This document shows positions 38,407 to 50,148 of a stretch of DNA of 64,000 nt, one piece after another; the stretch's first letter is position 1, and the number at the start of each line of letters is the position of its first letter. The stretch comes from Octopus vulgaris (taxonomy: Eukaryota). The DNA is taken from assembly GCA_951406725.2 (NCBI GenBank), contig OX597832.1, forward strand, positions 58,094,001 through 58,158,000. Direction: 5' to 3'. Both the position numbers and the translations under genes were made by a program. The notes beneath the pieces are model-generated. The model saw nothing but the letters and a program-made list of their open reading frames with translations. It was not told the DNA's origin and did not search any database.

Positions 38407-39950
38407 TGTATATGGGAAATTTAAAATTGTATATGCTGCAAATGATAAACAGCTGGAAACATTACTACAGACAGTACATGGATTTACCAAAGAAACAAAC
38501 ATGAAATTTTGCTTAGGAAAATGTGCCAAAGCAACTTTGAAAAGAGGTAAAATAGTAAAGAGTAACAATAGCACACTAGATAAAGTAAATGAAATTAGAG
38601 AATTAGACCAAAGCCAGACATATAAATACTTAGAAATCAATGAACAAGATACGATACTGCACTCACAAATGAAAGAGAAGATAAGAAAAGAATGCTATAG
38701 ATGAGTTAGATTAATACTGAAAACAGAAAGCGATGCGAAAACAAGATAATAGGTATCAACACTCTAGCCGTCCCAGTTATAAGTTAACTGGACTCTAAAT
38801 GAATTAATCAAAATAGACAGGAAATCAAGAAAAATAATGATAGGATCTAGGATGCACCATCCAAAATCTGAGATAGAAAGGTTATATATACAACGTATCG
38901 AAGGCGGTAGAGGCATTATACAGTTAGAAAGCTATTACAAAATAACCACCATAAGATTACAGAAATACTTACTTCAGAAGCAAGGAAAACACGAACAAAA
39001 CAAAAAAACTGTTTTCTGTCTTCAAGCAAGCTGACAAATATAAAAAAGTAACCATAGTACCTAACAACTATGAAGGAAAATAAGAAACAACAAAAGCTGT
39101 AAAACAATGGAAATCCAAACTAAAACTGGAAGAGCAACGGATTATGATAAAACGATGGCAATATGGATTAAACTAAATAGAAAAGAAATGGACAATGGCT
39201 GAGAAGCTCAGGACTCAAAGCAGAGACTGAATGATTTTTAATTGCAGTACAAGATCAAAGCCTTCTCATCAAAAATCACCAAAAACACACAATACAAGTA
39301 ACTACAGAATATGTAGTGATGGACAAGAAACAATAAATCATATTGTCTCTGACTGCCCAGTCCTGGCTAAAAAAGAATATATTTACAGACATGACAAAGC
39401 TGGAACCTATATACACTGGAAATTATGCTAACACTATGGAATATCAACAGAAAAAAGATGGCATAGGCACACCCCAGAAAATGAGAACGCAACCATACTC
39501 TAGGATATGCCAACACACACAGATAGAGAAATCAGAGCTAATAAGCCGGATATAGTTGTCAGAGATCACCAGGAAAAATGGTTTCTAATCGATGTATCAA
39601 TAACAACGCATGACAACGTTTCTCTGAAAGAAACGGAAACACTTTCAAATTATAATAATTTGGAGATAGAGGTAACTCGAATGTGGAGCCAAAAAAAAAA
39701 CAACCTAGAAACAATTCTTATTATAGTAAGCGCATTAGGTATAATAAAAAATATTTAGACAAATACATAACAAAAACACAAGGACGTACAAGTATATGTA
39801 ACATATACAAAATAGCAATACTGGACACTGCACACGTCAGTACAGTGAAAATAAGAGCACCACAACAAACCGCAGCACATACCCAAGGCACAGAGAGCTG
39901 CGCTCGCTAGTGCAGTGAAATCATGCTATAGAAATAAGACTACTGAACAA
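38405..39950 (+). mobile_element. 5'-truncated, disrupted R4/Dong-clade LINE (RT C-terminus + CCHC + restriction-like endonuclease) with (AAT)n tail
   Basis: LYMGNLKLY (decayed YMDD motif), MKFCLGKCAK, YKYLE, HHPKSEIERLYIQRIEGGRG, RICSDGQETINHIVSDC, RHD, NKPDIVV, LIDVSI across several frames. Confidence 0.9.
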
Positions 39951-39954
39951 TAAC

Positions 39955-40022
<68 letters not shown>

Positions 40023-40036
40023 TGATGATGATGATG

Positions 40037-40084
<48 letters not shown>

Positions 40085-40085
<1 letters not shown>

Positions 40086-40290
40086 TCCTTTCTACTTTAG
40101 GCACAAAACCTGAAATTTTGGAGGAGAGGACCAGTCGATTATATCGGTCCCAATGCGTAACTAATACTTAATTTATGGACTCTGAAAGGATGAAAGGTAG
40201 TGTCGACCTCGGCGGCATTTGACTCCAGAACACGAAGACAGACGAAATACCGCTAAGTATAATGACCAGCGTGCTAACGATTCTGCCAGT
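40085..40290 (-). mobile_element. Family B SINE whose tail merges with the LINE's (AAT)n
   Basis: Reverse complement of family B. Confidence 0.8.
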
Positions 40291-41046
40291 AATAGTAAAT
40301 ACATACATACATACATACATACATACATACATACATACATACATACATACATACATACATACATACATACATACATACACACATATTCCAGGATGCGTGC
40401 GTGTGAATGTTTGTACTGTGCATATATGCTCATACGGTTGTCTTTAGAATACAATGCCTGTTGCAGTGAAATATGATTTCCATACATGACAACAAAAGCT
40501 AAATATGTTGAACAGAAGACATATAAAGGTAAGCACCGCGTTTCATTTATGCCACACCATACTTTTATCTGTAGTCAGACTGTAGACGCCCCAATCGCAG
40601 TTGGCTACTGACGTCAACTCTACTAATGACATAACACTATAAAACTCTGTTTGACGCATGATTTACAAGTTTATCATTAATAGAAATGAACGAACAATTG
40701 ATAGTAATAATGTATAAATGTACAGATAGCTTGAAATATTTCTATATCGCACAAATACTTACGCATGCAGACAAACACGCACGTAAACACGCACACAGAA
40801 TACCCAGACAGACGTACATATGTGTCGTTATATTGATATTGGGAAAACAACAATTTTAGAAAGTACTCGATATGTTATTAATGTAGAGTTAATATTTCCA
40901 TTATTTATGGCAATAGTTCTCAAACTTTTTTCCGGGCTGTCTCCTCCCCTGACACCCAGGTCACATTCCTAGCGCCTCCACCTCAACATAGACCTCTTTC
41001 TGAAGCAAATTCAAAGCAACTGTATTTAACAAATAAAACTTAAACT

Positions 41047-41322
41047 AGGCGCAGGAGTGGTTGTGTGGTAAGTAGCTTGCTATAGGCGTAGGATTGGCTG
41101 TGTGGTAAGTAGCTTGCTTACCAGCCACATGGTTCCGGGTTCAATCCTACTTCGTGGCATCTTGGGCAAATGTCTTCTACTATTGCCTCGGGTCGACCAA
41201 AGCCTTGTGAGTGGATTTGGTAGACGGAAACTGAAAGAAGCCTGTCTTATATATGTATATGTATATATATATATGTGTATGTGTGTGTGTGTGTTTGTGT
41301 GTCTGTGTTCGTCCCCCCAACA
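41047..41322 (+). mobile_element. SINE family A 5' part with duplicated head
   Basis: TAGGCG.AGGA.TGG.TGTGTGGTAAGTAGCTTGCT occurs twice in tandem, then body. Confidence 0.8.
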
Positions 41323-41450
41323 TCCATCATGATAAGCAATGATTGCTACTGAATAGTTTCATGTTATTACCTTTCCATGAATGGAGAGGTAAATTGAGGA
41401 CCAGGTACTTTAACAGCTGAAAAGACGCTCTCTCGGGCGGATTTTTAAAC

Positions 41451-41582
<132 letters not shown>

Positions 41583-41589
41583 TAATAAT

Positions 41590-42143
41590 GCCCTGATGCA
41601 GTACCAGGCAGTGGCTCTCATGGCTTCTGATCTTAAGTGATTGGAAGTGTTATCATGTACATTGTTTTGTCTTGGTATAAAAGATGGACTACAGCAAATA
41701 TTCTGTTCAATACCACAGATTTGCTTGTCAGTTGTTTGACCTTAACCAGTTGAGCATGTCCCTTAGTGGCTGACGATATGTGCATCTCTGATCACGAGCA
41801 GAAGTAGTAGGGGAGCATCATAGCCATGTGTTGAGAGGGATTCTTTGGGGTTTGAATAATTCACCTCTGGAAACATGGGTGGTTCTTTCAACATCCTTAA
41901 ACAACCCTTATTCAGGGACCGTTTAAGCGGGATGGGCTACTCAACCTGAAGAAAATTCTATATGGGCCCCACCTGCAAGGTCATGTGCTGTTTAACTTGA
42001 TATGAGATCACCACGTCGCGCACATATGGTTGTGATGCATGTGCCTGGTGTACCCTTATCAGACGGGTAGTCATGATGGGTATATTGGGCTTCGTATATT
42101 TTACCCCAGTGTCACTTTGATGGCTTGAACTGCTCTCTCACTC
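41590..42143 (+). mobile_element. ~550-bp non-coding (AAT)n-associated element (copy 2)
   Basis: Flanked by (AAT)n on both sides; matches 6368-6899 on the minus strand. Confidence 0.85.
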
Positions 42144-42551
42144 AATAATAATAATAAATCTTTTTAATATGGGCACAAAGCCTGAAAATTTGGAGAAGGG
42201 GCTATAAACAAAAATAATAGTTATAGACTAACTCACCCCTTTGTTACCGAATATACGAGTGACTGATAATGCATTAAAAACTAACAGCCATCATTTTGTA
42301 ACACACACAACATTACCACATGAAAACAATATCTAAAACAATGTAGAAATTATTATTTCTAAATCGTTGACGGAGAGGCGATCGCTTCATATGACTGCTA
42401 CGGGAAGTCAGGTTATTTATTTCTAAATGGAGACTTCAGCTCTCACATTTCCTTATTTTAATGTTACAGGTATGAAAATAAATAGCAAAATCTATCACCT
42501 GAGGACGATCAGATAATAGGCTGTTAGGAATTGTACTTTACGTAGATAAAT

Positions 42552-42646
<95 letters not shown>

Positions 42647-42737
42647 ACGTGAATATTGTTTATAAGTTTTGCACGATTATTTTATATATTTGTAATGAAA
42701 TAATTCCCGAAATAATACAGACACAACTTCGATGAAT

Positions 42738-42754
42738 CAACCACCACCACCACC

Positions 42755-42827
<73 letters not shown>

Positions 42828-43024
42828 TTGCCATTTCTAGTGCTATTGTTATTACTTCTACCACCACCACAACTACCACCACTCCTACCGCTACTACAGC
42901 TTCTAATTCTGCTTGATATTACTGTTACTACAACCAACACCTCCACTACTACCACCGCTATTTCTAATACTACAATCGTCGCCACCACCACCACTACCAC
43001 TACCACTACCACCACCACCTCCAA

Positions 43025-43077
<53 letters not shown>

Positions 43078-43247
43078 TTATTATTACTGCTACCACTACC
43101 GCTACTAGTACTACTACCACCTTCTGCTACTTCTACTATAACCTCTATGACCATTACTACCTCCAGCACCGCTACCGCCACTACTATTACTAATACTACT
43201 GCTACCACCACTGCAACTAATACCACCAACTCCACCACCACCACCAG

Positions 43248-43308
<61 letters not shown>
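42738..43308. repeat. (CTA)n/(CCA)n trinucleotide low-complexity tract
   Basis: Directly visible. Confidence 0.95.
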
Positions 43309-43310
<2 letters not shown>

Positions 43311-43356
43311 AGTCTCCACTTTGACGGTTCCGTATGTGCCATTATCACATATACCA

Positions 43357-43575
43357 AGGCGGCGAGCTGGCAGAATCGTTAGCACGCCGGGCGAAATGCT
43401 TAGCGTTATTTCGTCTGTTTTTACGTTCTGAGTTCAAATTCCGCCGAGGTCGACTTTACCTTTTATCCTTTCGCGGTCGATAAATTAAGTACCAGTTATC
43501 GTACTGGAGTCGATCTAATCGATTGGCCCTCCCCCCCAAAAATTTCGGGCCTTGTGCCTGGAGTAGAAATGATTA
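43357..43575 (+). mobile_element. Full-length young family B SINE with TSD
   Basis: ATTATCACATATACCA on both sides (~43341-43356 and ~43572-43587). Confidence 0.9.
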
Positions 43576-43816
43576 TCACATATACCACGGCAGCATCAAT
43601 TTTCACTCTAGACATGATTGCTGCTGCTACTACTACTGCTGCTGTTGCTGCTGCTGGAGACGTCCTTCACTTGTACACTGAGTGATCCTATCGGTGCAGT
43701 TGACATATCGAGATTCAATGATCTAGTTTCGAAATTCACTCAGCGGGTGCCAGTCTATTTATTTCAATGCCAAATAAAAAGGTCCTTTCATTAGGACCCC
43801 ATGAAGACAAGACACG

Positions 43817-44483
43817 AAAAAGAAGGAGGAGAAGAAGAAGAAGAAGAAGAAGAAGAAGAAGAAGAAGAAGAAGAAGAAGGAGAAGGAGAAGAAGAAGAAG
43901 GAGAAGAGGAGGGGAAGAAGAAGGAGAAGGAGAAGGGAAGGAGAAGAAGAAGAAGGAGAAGAGGAGGGGAAGAAGAAGGAGAAGAGGAGGGGAAGAAGAA
44001 GAAGAAGAAGAAGAAGAAGAAGAAGGGAAGGAGAAGAAGAAGAAGGAGAAGAGGAGGGGAAGAAGAAGGAGAAGAGGAGGGGAAGAAGAAGGAGAAGGAG
44101 CAGAAGAAGAAGAAAAAAAAGAAGTAGAAGAAGAAGAAGAAGAAGAAGAAGAAAGGGAAGAAGAAGAAGAAGAAGAAGAAGAAGAAGAAGAGAAGAGGGG
44201 AAGAAGAAGAAAGGGAAGAAGAAGAAGAAGAAGGAGAAGAAGGAGAAGAGGAGGGGAAGAAGAAGAAGAAGGAGAAGGAGCAGAAGAAGAAAAGAAGAAG
44301 GAGAAGAGGAGGGGAAGAAGAAGAAAGGGAAGAAGAAGAAGAAGAAGGAGAAGAAGGAGAAGAGGAGGGGAAGAAGAAGAAGAAGGAGAAGGAGCAGAAG
44401 AAGAAAAGAAGAAGGAGAAGAAGTAGTAGTAGAAGAAGAAGAAGAAGAAGAAAGGGAAGAAGAAGAAGAAGAAGAAGAAGAAT
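43817..44483. repeat. Polypurine (GAA/GGA)n tract with higher-order duplications
   Basis: Almost no pyrimidines on the + strand; blocks such as GAAGGAGAAGGAGCAGAAGAAGAA recur. Confidence 0.95.
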
Positions 44484-44842
44484 AATGAAAAGAAGGTTCG
44501 TGTAGAAATAGACTTATTACTTCGAATAAAAAGCTACAACTGTGACTCTGCAACGAATCACAGCAGCAAGGGTAAACGACAAAAGAAGCGAATAACTATG
44601 GAACGAGATTAGCAATGTTTTCATATATGGAATTTATTCAGGAAATCGCTGCAAGGAATCGCCGATAGTTACCAATCTTTGTTTACAGCGGAATCTGCGC
44701 CAACCTAGGATGTCTGCGAGGAATTTATTTATCCAGTTGTTTAAACCGGTGAAGAAAAGGATTGGCAATATACATAATTTTATGAAGCCTGGGGACAAAT
44801 TGAAATTGCGGCAATCCCGTTAATAGTGTTTTAACTCTGAAA

Positions 44843-45630
44843 GGCGGCCAGCTTGGCAGAATCGTTAGCACGCCGGGCGAAATGCTTAGCGGTATTTCGT
44901 TTGCCGCTACGTTCTGAGTTCAAATTCCGCCGAGGTCGACTTTGCCTTTCATCCTTTCGGGGTCGATTAAATAAGTACCAGTGCGTAAATAAGTACGCAC
45001 TGGGGTCGATGTAATCGACTTAGTCCGTGTGTCTGTCCTTGTTTGTCCCTTCTGTGTTTAGCTCCTTGTGGGTAGTAAAGAAATAGGTATTTCGTCTGTC
45101 TTTACGTTCTGAGTTCAAATTCCGCCCAGGTCAACTTTGCCTTTCATCCTTTCGGGGTCGATTAAATAAGTACCAGTGCGTAAATAAGTACGCACTGGGG
45201 TCGATGTAATCGACTTATTCCGTGTGTCTGTCCTTGTTTGTTCCCTCTGTGTTTAGCCCCTTGTGGATAGTAATGAAATAGGTATTTCGTCTGTCTTTAC
45301 GTTCTGAGTTCAAATATCGCCTAGGTCGACTTTGTCTTTCATCCTTTCGGTGTCGATAAATTAAGTACCAGTTGTGCACTGGGGTCGATGTAATCGACTT
45401 AAACCGTTTGACTGACTTTGTTTGTCTCCTCTATGTTTAGCCCCTTGTGGGCAATAAAGAAATAAGAAACGTTAGCACGCCGGGCGAAATGCTTAGCAGT
45501 ATTTCGTCTGTTTTTATGTTCTGAGTTCAAATTCCACCGAGGTCGACTTTGCCTTTTATCCTTTCGGGGTCGATAAATTAAGTACCAGTTACATACTGAA
45601 GTCGATCTAACCGACTGATCCCCTCCAACT
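44843..45630 (+). mobile_element. Head-to-tail tetramer of family B SINE
   Basis: Four consecutive cores; first period is 195 bp (44978 to 45173). Confidence 0.9.
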
Positions 45631-46006
45631 GGTTTTCACGCTGACTACTTGATAAATTCTTATATAGATTTTATCCTTATATCTATATATAAATATAAAG
45701 TTTGTAAAATGCAGTACCGTGTAACGAAGCCATTCACATCGAAAGCATGTATAGAAAGTTTGTTTACATAAAAAAATAATACGAACTAATATAGTTCTTA
45801 AATTTGACAGAAAGAGGGAGGTGTGAAGGTAAGACACTTAGTCGCATTAACAAAGGGATGTGGGTTCGAGTCCCACGCGGATAGGAAAGCCTTCTTTCTT
45901 CTGTCAAAGGCTTACATGCCCCGTTATTAGACTATTTTCGCCATAAGCTTTGAGCCTATATAAAATATACCATTATTATCTAAAGGTTTGTAAAATTCGG
46001 CGGAAC

Positions 46007-46050
<44 letters not shown>

Positions 46051-46304
46051 GACGGGCTTCTTCCGTTTCCTTCAATCCATTCACAAGGCTTTATTCGACC
46101 TGAGATTATAAGCTAAGTTGCCACGCAGTAGGACTGAACACGGAACCATGTGATTTTTGAGAAGCAAGCTTCTTACCATACAGCCAAGCCTACACATATT
46201 ATTTTATCGACTTCGAAGGCACGAACGGCAAAGTCGAAATCGACAACACTTGAACTCAGGGATCTTTGCGGTTCATGTCACAATTACCTTAAAAAAAAAA
46301 AAAA

Positions 46305-47230
46305 AATTAATGCATCATATAGATGTAATTTTTGACGGATTTGTTATTCCTTTATTCCAGAAAAATTTTGCAAAAATGTTACGGGTGTTTAAAGTTTGAT
46401 AATTTTTAGAATTTTCAGCCAATCAGAAAACAGCGTGTTCGTTGCATCACCCATCATCAGGGTGTGGAGCTTCGGCATGTCAAAACATTAGACTAGCTAC
46501 AGTAAACAAACCAACAGGATTTGCTAGAAATAACTGCGGAAACATTAAAATATGCACGAGCAAAGTTAACACTAAAACATTCGCGAGCAAATTAAATATT
46601 TAATGCTACGAACAAACCAACAGGAGTTGCTAGAAATAACTGTCAAAATATTGTTTAAAACAGACATTTATTTGTTTAAAAAAATTCAAGAACGAAAGTT
46701 TGCAATACACTCTGGGGTTTTATAAAATAAATCATCTTTCTCATATCTTGTTCTCCATATAAATTCACAAAGGTAAGAGTCAACCACGAAACGGTGTGAC
46801 CCACTCCGGTGTTTGCTTTCTTCACTCCTTGTCCGCATGCGCGGCAACTTCGGTTACTATGGAAATAGTGTGTAAAATACTCGCTTTTGGTTACTTTGAA
46901 AACAGAGTATAAAATACCCGCTTTAGGTTACTATGGAAACATACGTGTAAAATACTCGCTTCTGATTGGCTAAAATACAAAAATTTTACAAATTTTAAAG
47001 GCTCTTTCACTCTTTTACTCTTTTACTTGTTTCAGTCATGTGACTGTGGCCATGCTGGAGCATTGCCTTTAGTCGAGCAAATCGACACCAGGACTTATTC
47101 TTTGTAAGCCTAGTACTTATTATATCTGTCTCTTTTGCCGAACCGCTAAGTTACGAGAAAGTAAACACACCAGCATCGGTTGTCAAGCAATGTTGGGGAG
47201 ACAAACACAGACACACAAGCATATACATAC

Positions 47231-47293
<63 letters not shown>

Positions 47294-47560
47294 ATATATA
47301 TACATATATACGACGGGCTTCTTTCAGTTTCCGTCTACCAAATCCATTCACAAGGCTTGTGTCAGCCCGAGGCTATAGTAGAAGACACTTTCCCAAGGTG
47401 CCACGCAGTGGGACTGAAACCGGAACCATGTGGTTCGTAAGCAAGCTACTTAAATAACTTTTTAATTATGGATTTATAGAGAAAATGAATTTCATTAGTA
47501 TACAAGACTTAATCCATATACCAAATTTGAAAACAACTGGGAAAAAATTGTAAACTGTGA
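46305..47560. mobile_element. Unclassified DNA element with inverted CCAAT motifs and internal tandem repeats, interrupted by a family A SINE
   Basis: TTTTCAGCCAATCAGAA (~46412) vs TTCTGATTGGCTAAAA (~46960); three GGTTACT.TG.AAA...TAAAATAC.CGCTT units at ~46852-46962; two AACAAACCAACAGGA.TTGCTAGAAATAACTG copies. Confidence 0.45.
47010..47450 (-). mobile_element. SINE family A
   Basis: Reverse complement of family A. Confidence 0.85.
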
Positions 47561-47929
47561 CAAAACCCAGAAAGATCCGAACTCAGAACGTAAATACGGA
47601 CGAAGTGCCGCTAAGCACTTTATCCGGCGTGTTAACGATTCTGTCAGCTCACCGCTTAAAAAGAATCAGACGATGAGGCAACGAAATTTTGGTAATCAGA
47701 GCAGGAATGTAATTAAGGATGTTGGAATAATTAAAAATGGAGAATCTAGGAGGAGAGTTAATGAGTTAGATGGAATAAATGTTGATTTGAAATTCTTGAG
47801 ATTGTGTAAACACATTTTAAGGAGGAATAAATAAATGGTGGGAACCAGTCTTGGAGAAACTCAACAGCAGGAACAGCAATGAAGAATTTCTGGAAGGTAG
47901 AAAGGTTCTTGTTATAGCGCTTCTTGTTG

Positions 47930-48465
47930 CTATTGCTGTTGTTGTATTTGTGGTGGCGGCGGCGATGGCAGCGGCGGTGGCGGTGGTGATGATCGTGGTA
48001 GTGGGTGGATTTTGGTGGTTATGATGTTGGGTGTGGGGGTTTTCGTAGTTGTTGTAGTGGTGGTGGTGGTGGTTGTGGTTGAGGGCGGTAATGGTGGTGG
48101 TGGTGGTGGTGGTGGTGGTGGTGCTGGGTTGATTTCGGTGGTTGTGATGTTTGGTGGTGGTAGTCGAGGTCGTGGTTGTGGTGTTGATGGTGTTAACGGT
48201 TGTGATGGTGGTGGTGATGGTGACAGTGATGGTACTAGAGGTGGTGGTCACAGTAATGGTGGTTGTGGTGGTGGTAATGGTTGTTGTATTTATTTTTGTT
48301 ATTGTTGTTGTTGTGGTGGTTGTTGTTGTAGTTATTTGGTGGTTGTGTTTATGTGGACAATAATAGTGATCATAATGATGGTGGTGATAGTGTTGACAGT
48401 GGCACTGCTTCTGCCGCTGCAACTGCTGCTGCCGCTGCTACTGTTGCTACAGCCTCAGCTGGTGG
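47930..48465. repeat. (GGT/GTT)n low-complexity tract
   Basis: Directly visible. Confidence 0.9.
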
Positions 48466-48940
48466 TGAGTGGATGTTTAGTCCCAGGTCAGCGCGGCAAC
48501 GGGTTCAAATCCAGGTCAACGCTAGCGATGAGTTCAAATCGGAAACCACGTCTTTGAGAAGTGAACAGTCTTCATGGTACGATCACATAAAAAGGAGAAG
48601 TAGACACGACTAACAGAGCAAAACTAATAAGAAATTCCAGACGAGAAACGGTAATTTCACAGACCAACTGGAAAATACCATGATTTACAGGAATTCCACA
48701 GCACCGGATGCAGCGATTCCTTCTCCTCCATTACCATTCCGAACAGAAATGCCTAACGGTTGCTTTCAAAAACATCAATCACGGAACTCAGACACGAAAT
48801 TAGTTCGTTAAAGAAGAAGCACATACGTTATCATCAAACGAACTAAAAGATAACAAAATTTCACAGCTACATACCGTTAAGAGGCTGCTTTGGATATGGT
48901 TATTTTGATCAATGTATGCTCGCGATAGGTATGGTGTGCT

Positions 48941-49021
<81 letters not shown>

Positions 49022-49116
49022 GTGCGTGTGTGAGTGTGTGTGCAGATAATAGATAGATAGATAAATAGATAGACAGATAGATACATAGACAGACAGGCTG
49101 ACAGATAGATAGACAA

Positions 49117-49153
<37 letters not shown>

Positions 49154-49298
49154 TAGATAGAGAGAAAGAGAGGGAGAGAGAGACAGATAAATTGATAGAT
49201 AACTAGACAGACAAAAAAACAGACAGACAGAGAGACAGATAGACAGAAAGACATACAGAGAGAGAAAGAAAGACAGACAGACAGGAAGAGATAGGACA

Positions 49299-49357
49299 TG
49301 GCGTAGTGGTTAAGAGCGCGGGCTACAAACCCCAAGATTCCGAGTTCGATTCCAGGC

Positions 49358-49421
<64 letters not shown>

Positions 49422-49574
49422 TAATAACATCGAAAAATACCTTAGGAATGAGAACCCAGGTTCGAAATTTCCCCCAAGATACCTAATGAAGGCTGGAGGG
49501 TATATCAGCCGAAACGTGTTCACAACAAATAAGATGAAGACAAATATCCGTCAAATGTAAATAATGTAAATAAT
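49299..49574 (+). mobile_element. tRNA-headed, hammerhead-containing short retroelement (copy 2)
   Basis: Box A TGGCGTAGTGG, box B GTTCGATTCC, (AAT)n, hammerhead-like motif, tail (AATGTAAAT)2; flanks GAAGAGATAGGACA (49285-49298) / GAAGTGATAGGACA (49575-49588). Confidence 0.85.
49479..49520 (+). ncRNA. Minimal hammerhead motif (core CTAATGA, one mismatch)
   Basis: AC-CTAATGA-A-GGCTG-GAGGGTATAT-CAGCC-GAA-ACGT-GTT; perfect 5-bp stem II. Confidence 0.6.
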
Positions 49575-49881
49575 GAAGTGATAGGACAGTTATATAAATA
49601 GACAGACATACACACACACACGCACACATATCAGTGCTCCAGCACGGCCGCAGTCAAAATGACTGAAACAAATGAAAGAGAATAGAATAATAAAAAGCAA
49701 GTTCCTGGTACAATATAATATATATTTGAAAAAATGAGTAGAAATGGCTTTTGGCGGCGGCGGGGGGATAATTTTATTTTTAATCTTTATAACGTTTATT
49801 AAGATTAAATTATAAATTATCCCTTCAGCCGCCAAAAGCCATCTCTACTCATATATATATTTATACCTACACCTTCTATAC

Positions 49882-49943
<62 letters not shown>

Positions 49944-50093
49944 CTGTGTGTGCGTGCGTGTGTGTATGCGAGTGTATGTGTGCGTGTGTTTATGGAGGCG
50001 TTTGTGTGTGCATGTGCGCGTGTGTCTGTGTGTACGACAAGTAATAAGATAGATATTCATTGATAAATAGATTAATATAGATACAGTTAAATA

Positions 50094-50148
<55 letters not shown>

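Noticed and set aside
42682-43431. Mucin-like poly-Thr ORFs (also 47817-48557)
   Set aside because: Trinucleotide low-complexity sequence running into SINEs.
43759-44553. Poly-R/E/K and poly-S/F/L ORFs that look protamine-like or acidic
   Set aside because: The GAA/GGA repeat is open in several frames and on both strands; no coding evidence.
44843-45630. CRISPR-like periodicity
   Set aside because: Units are ~195-bp SINE copies with no unique spacers and no cas genes, in eukaryotic DNA.
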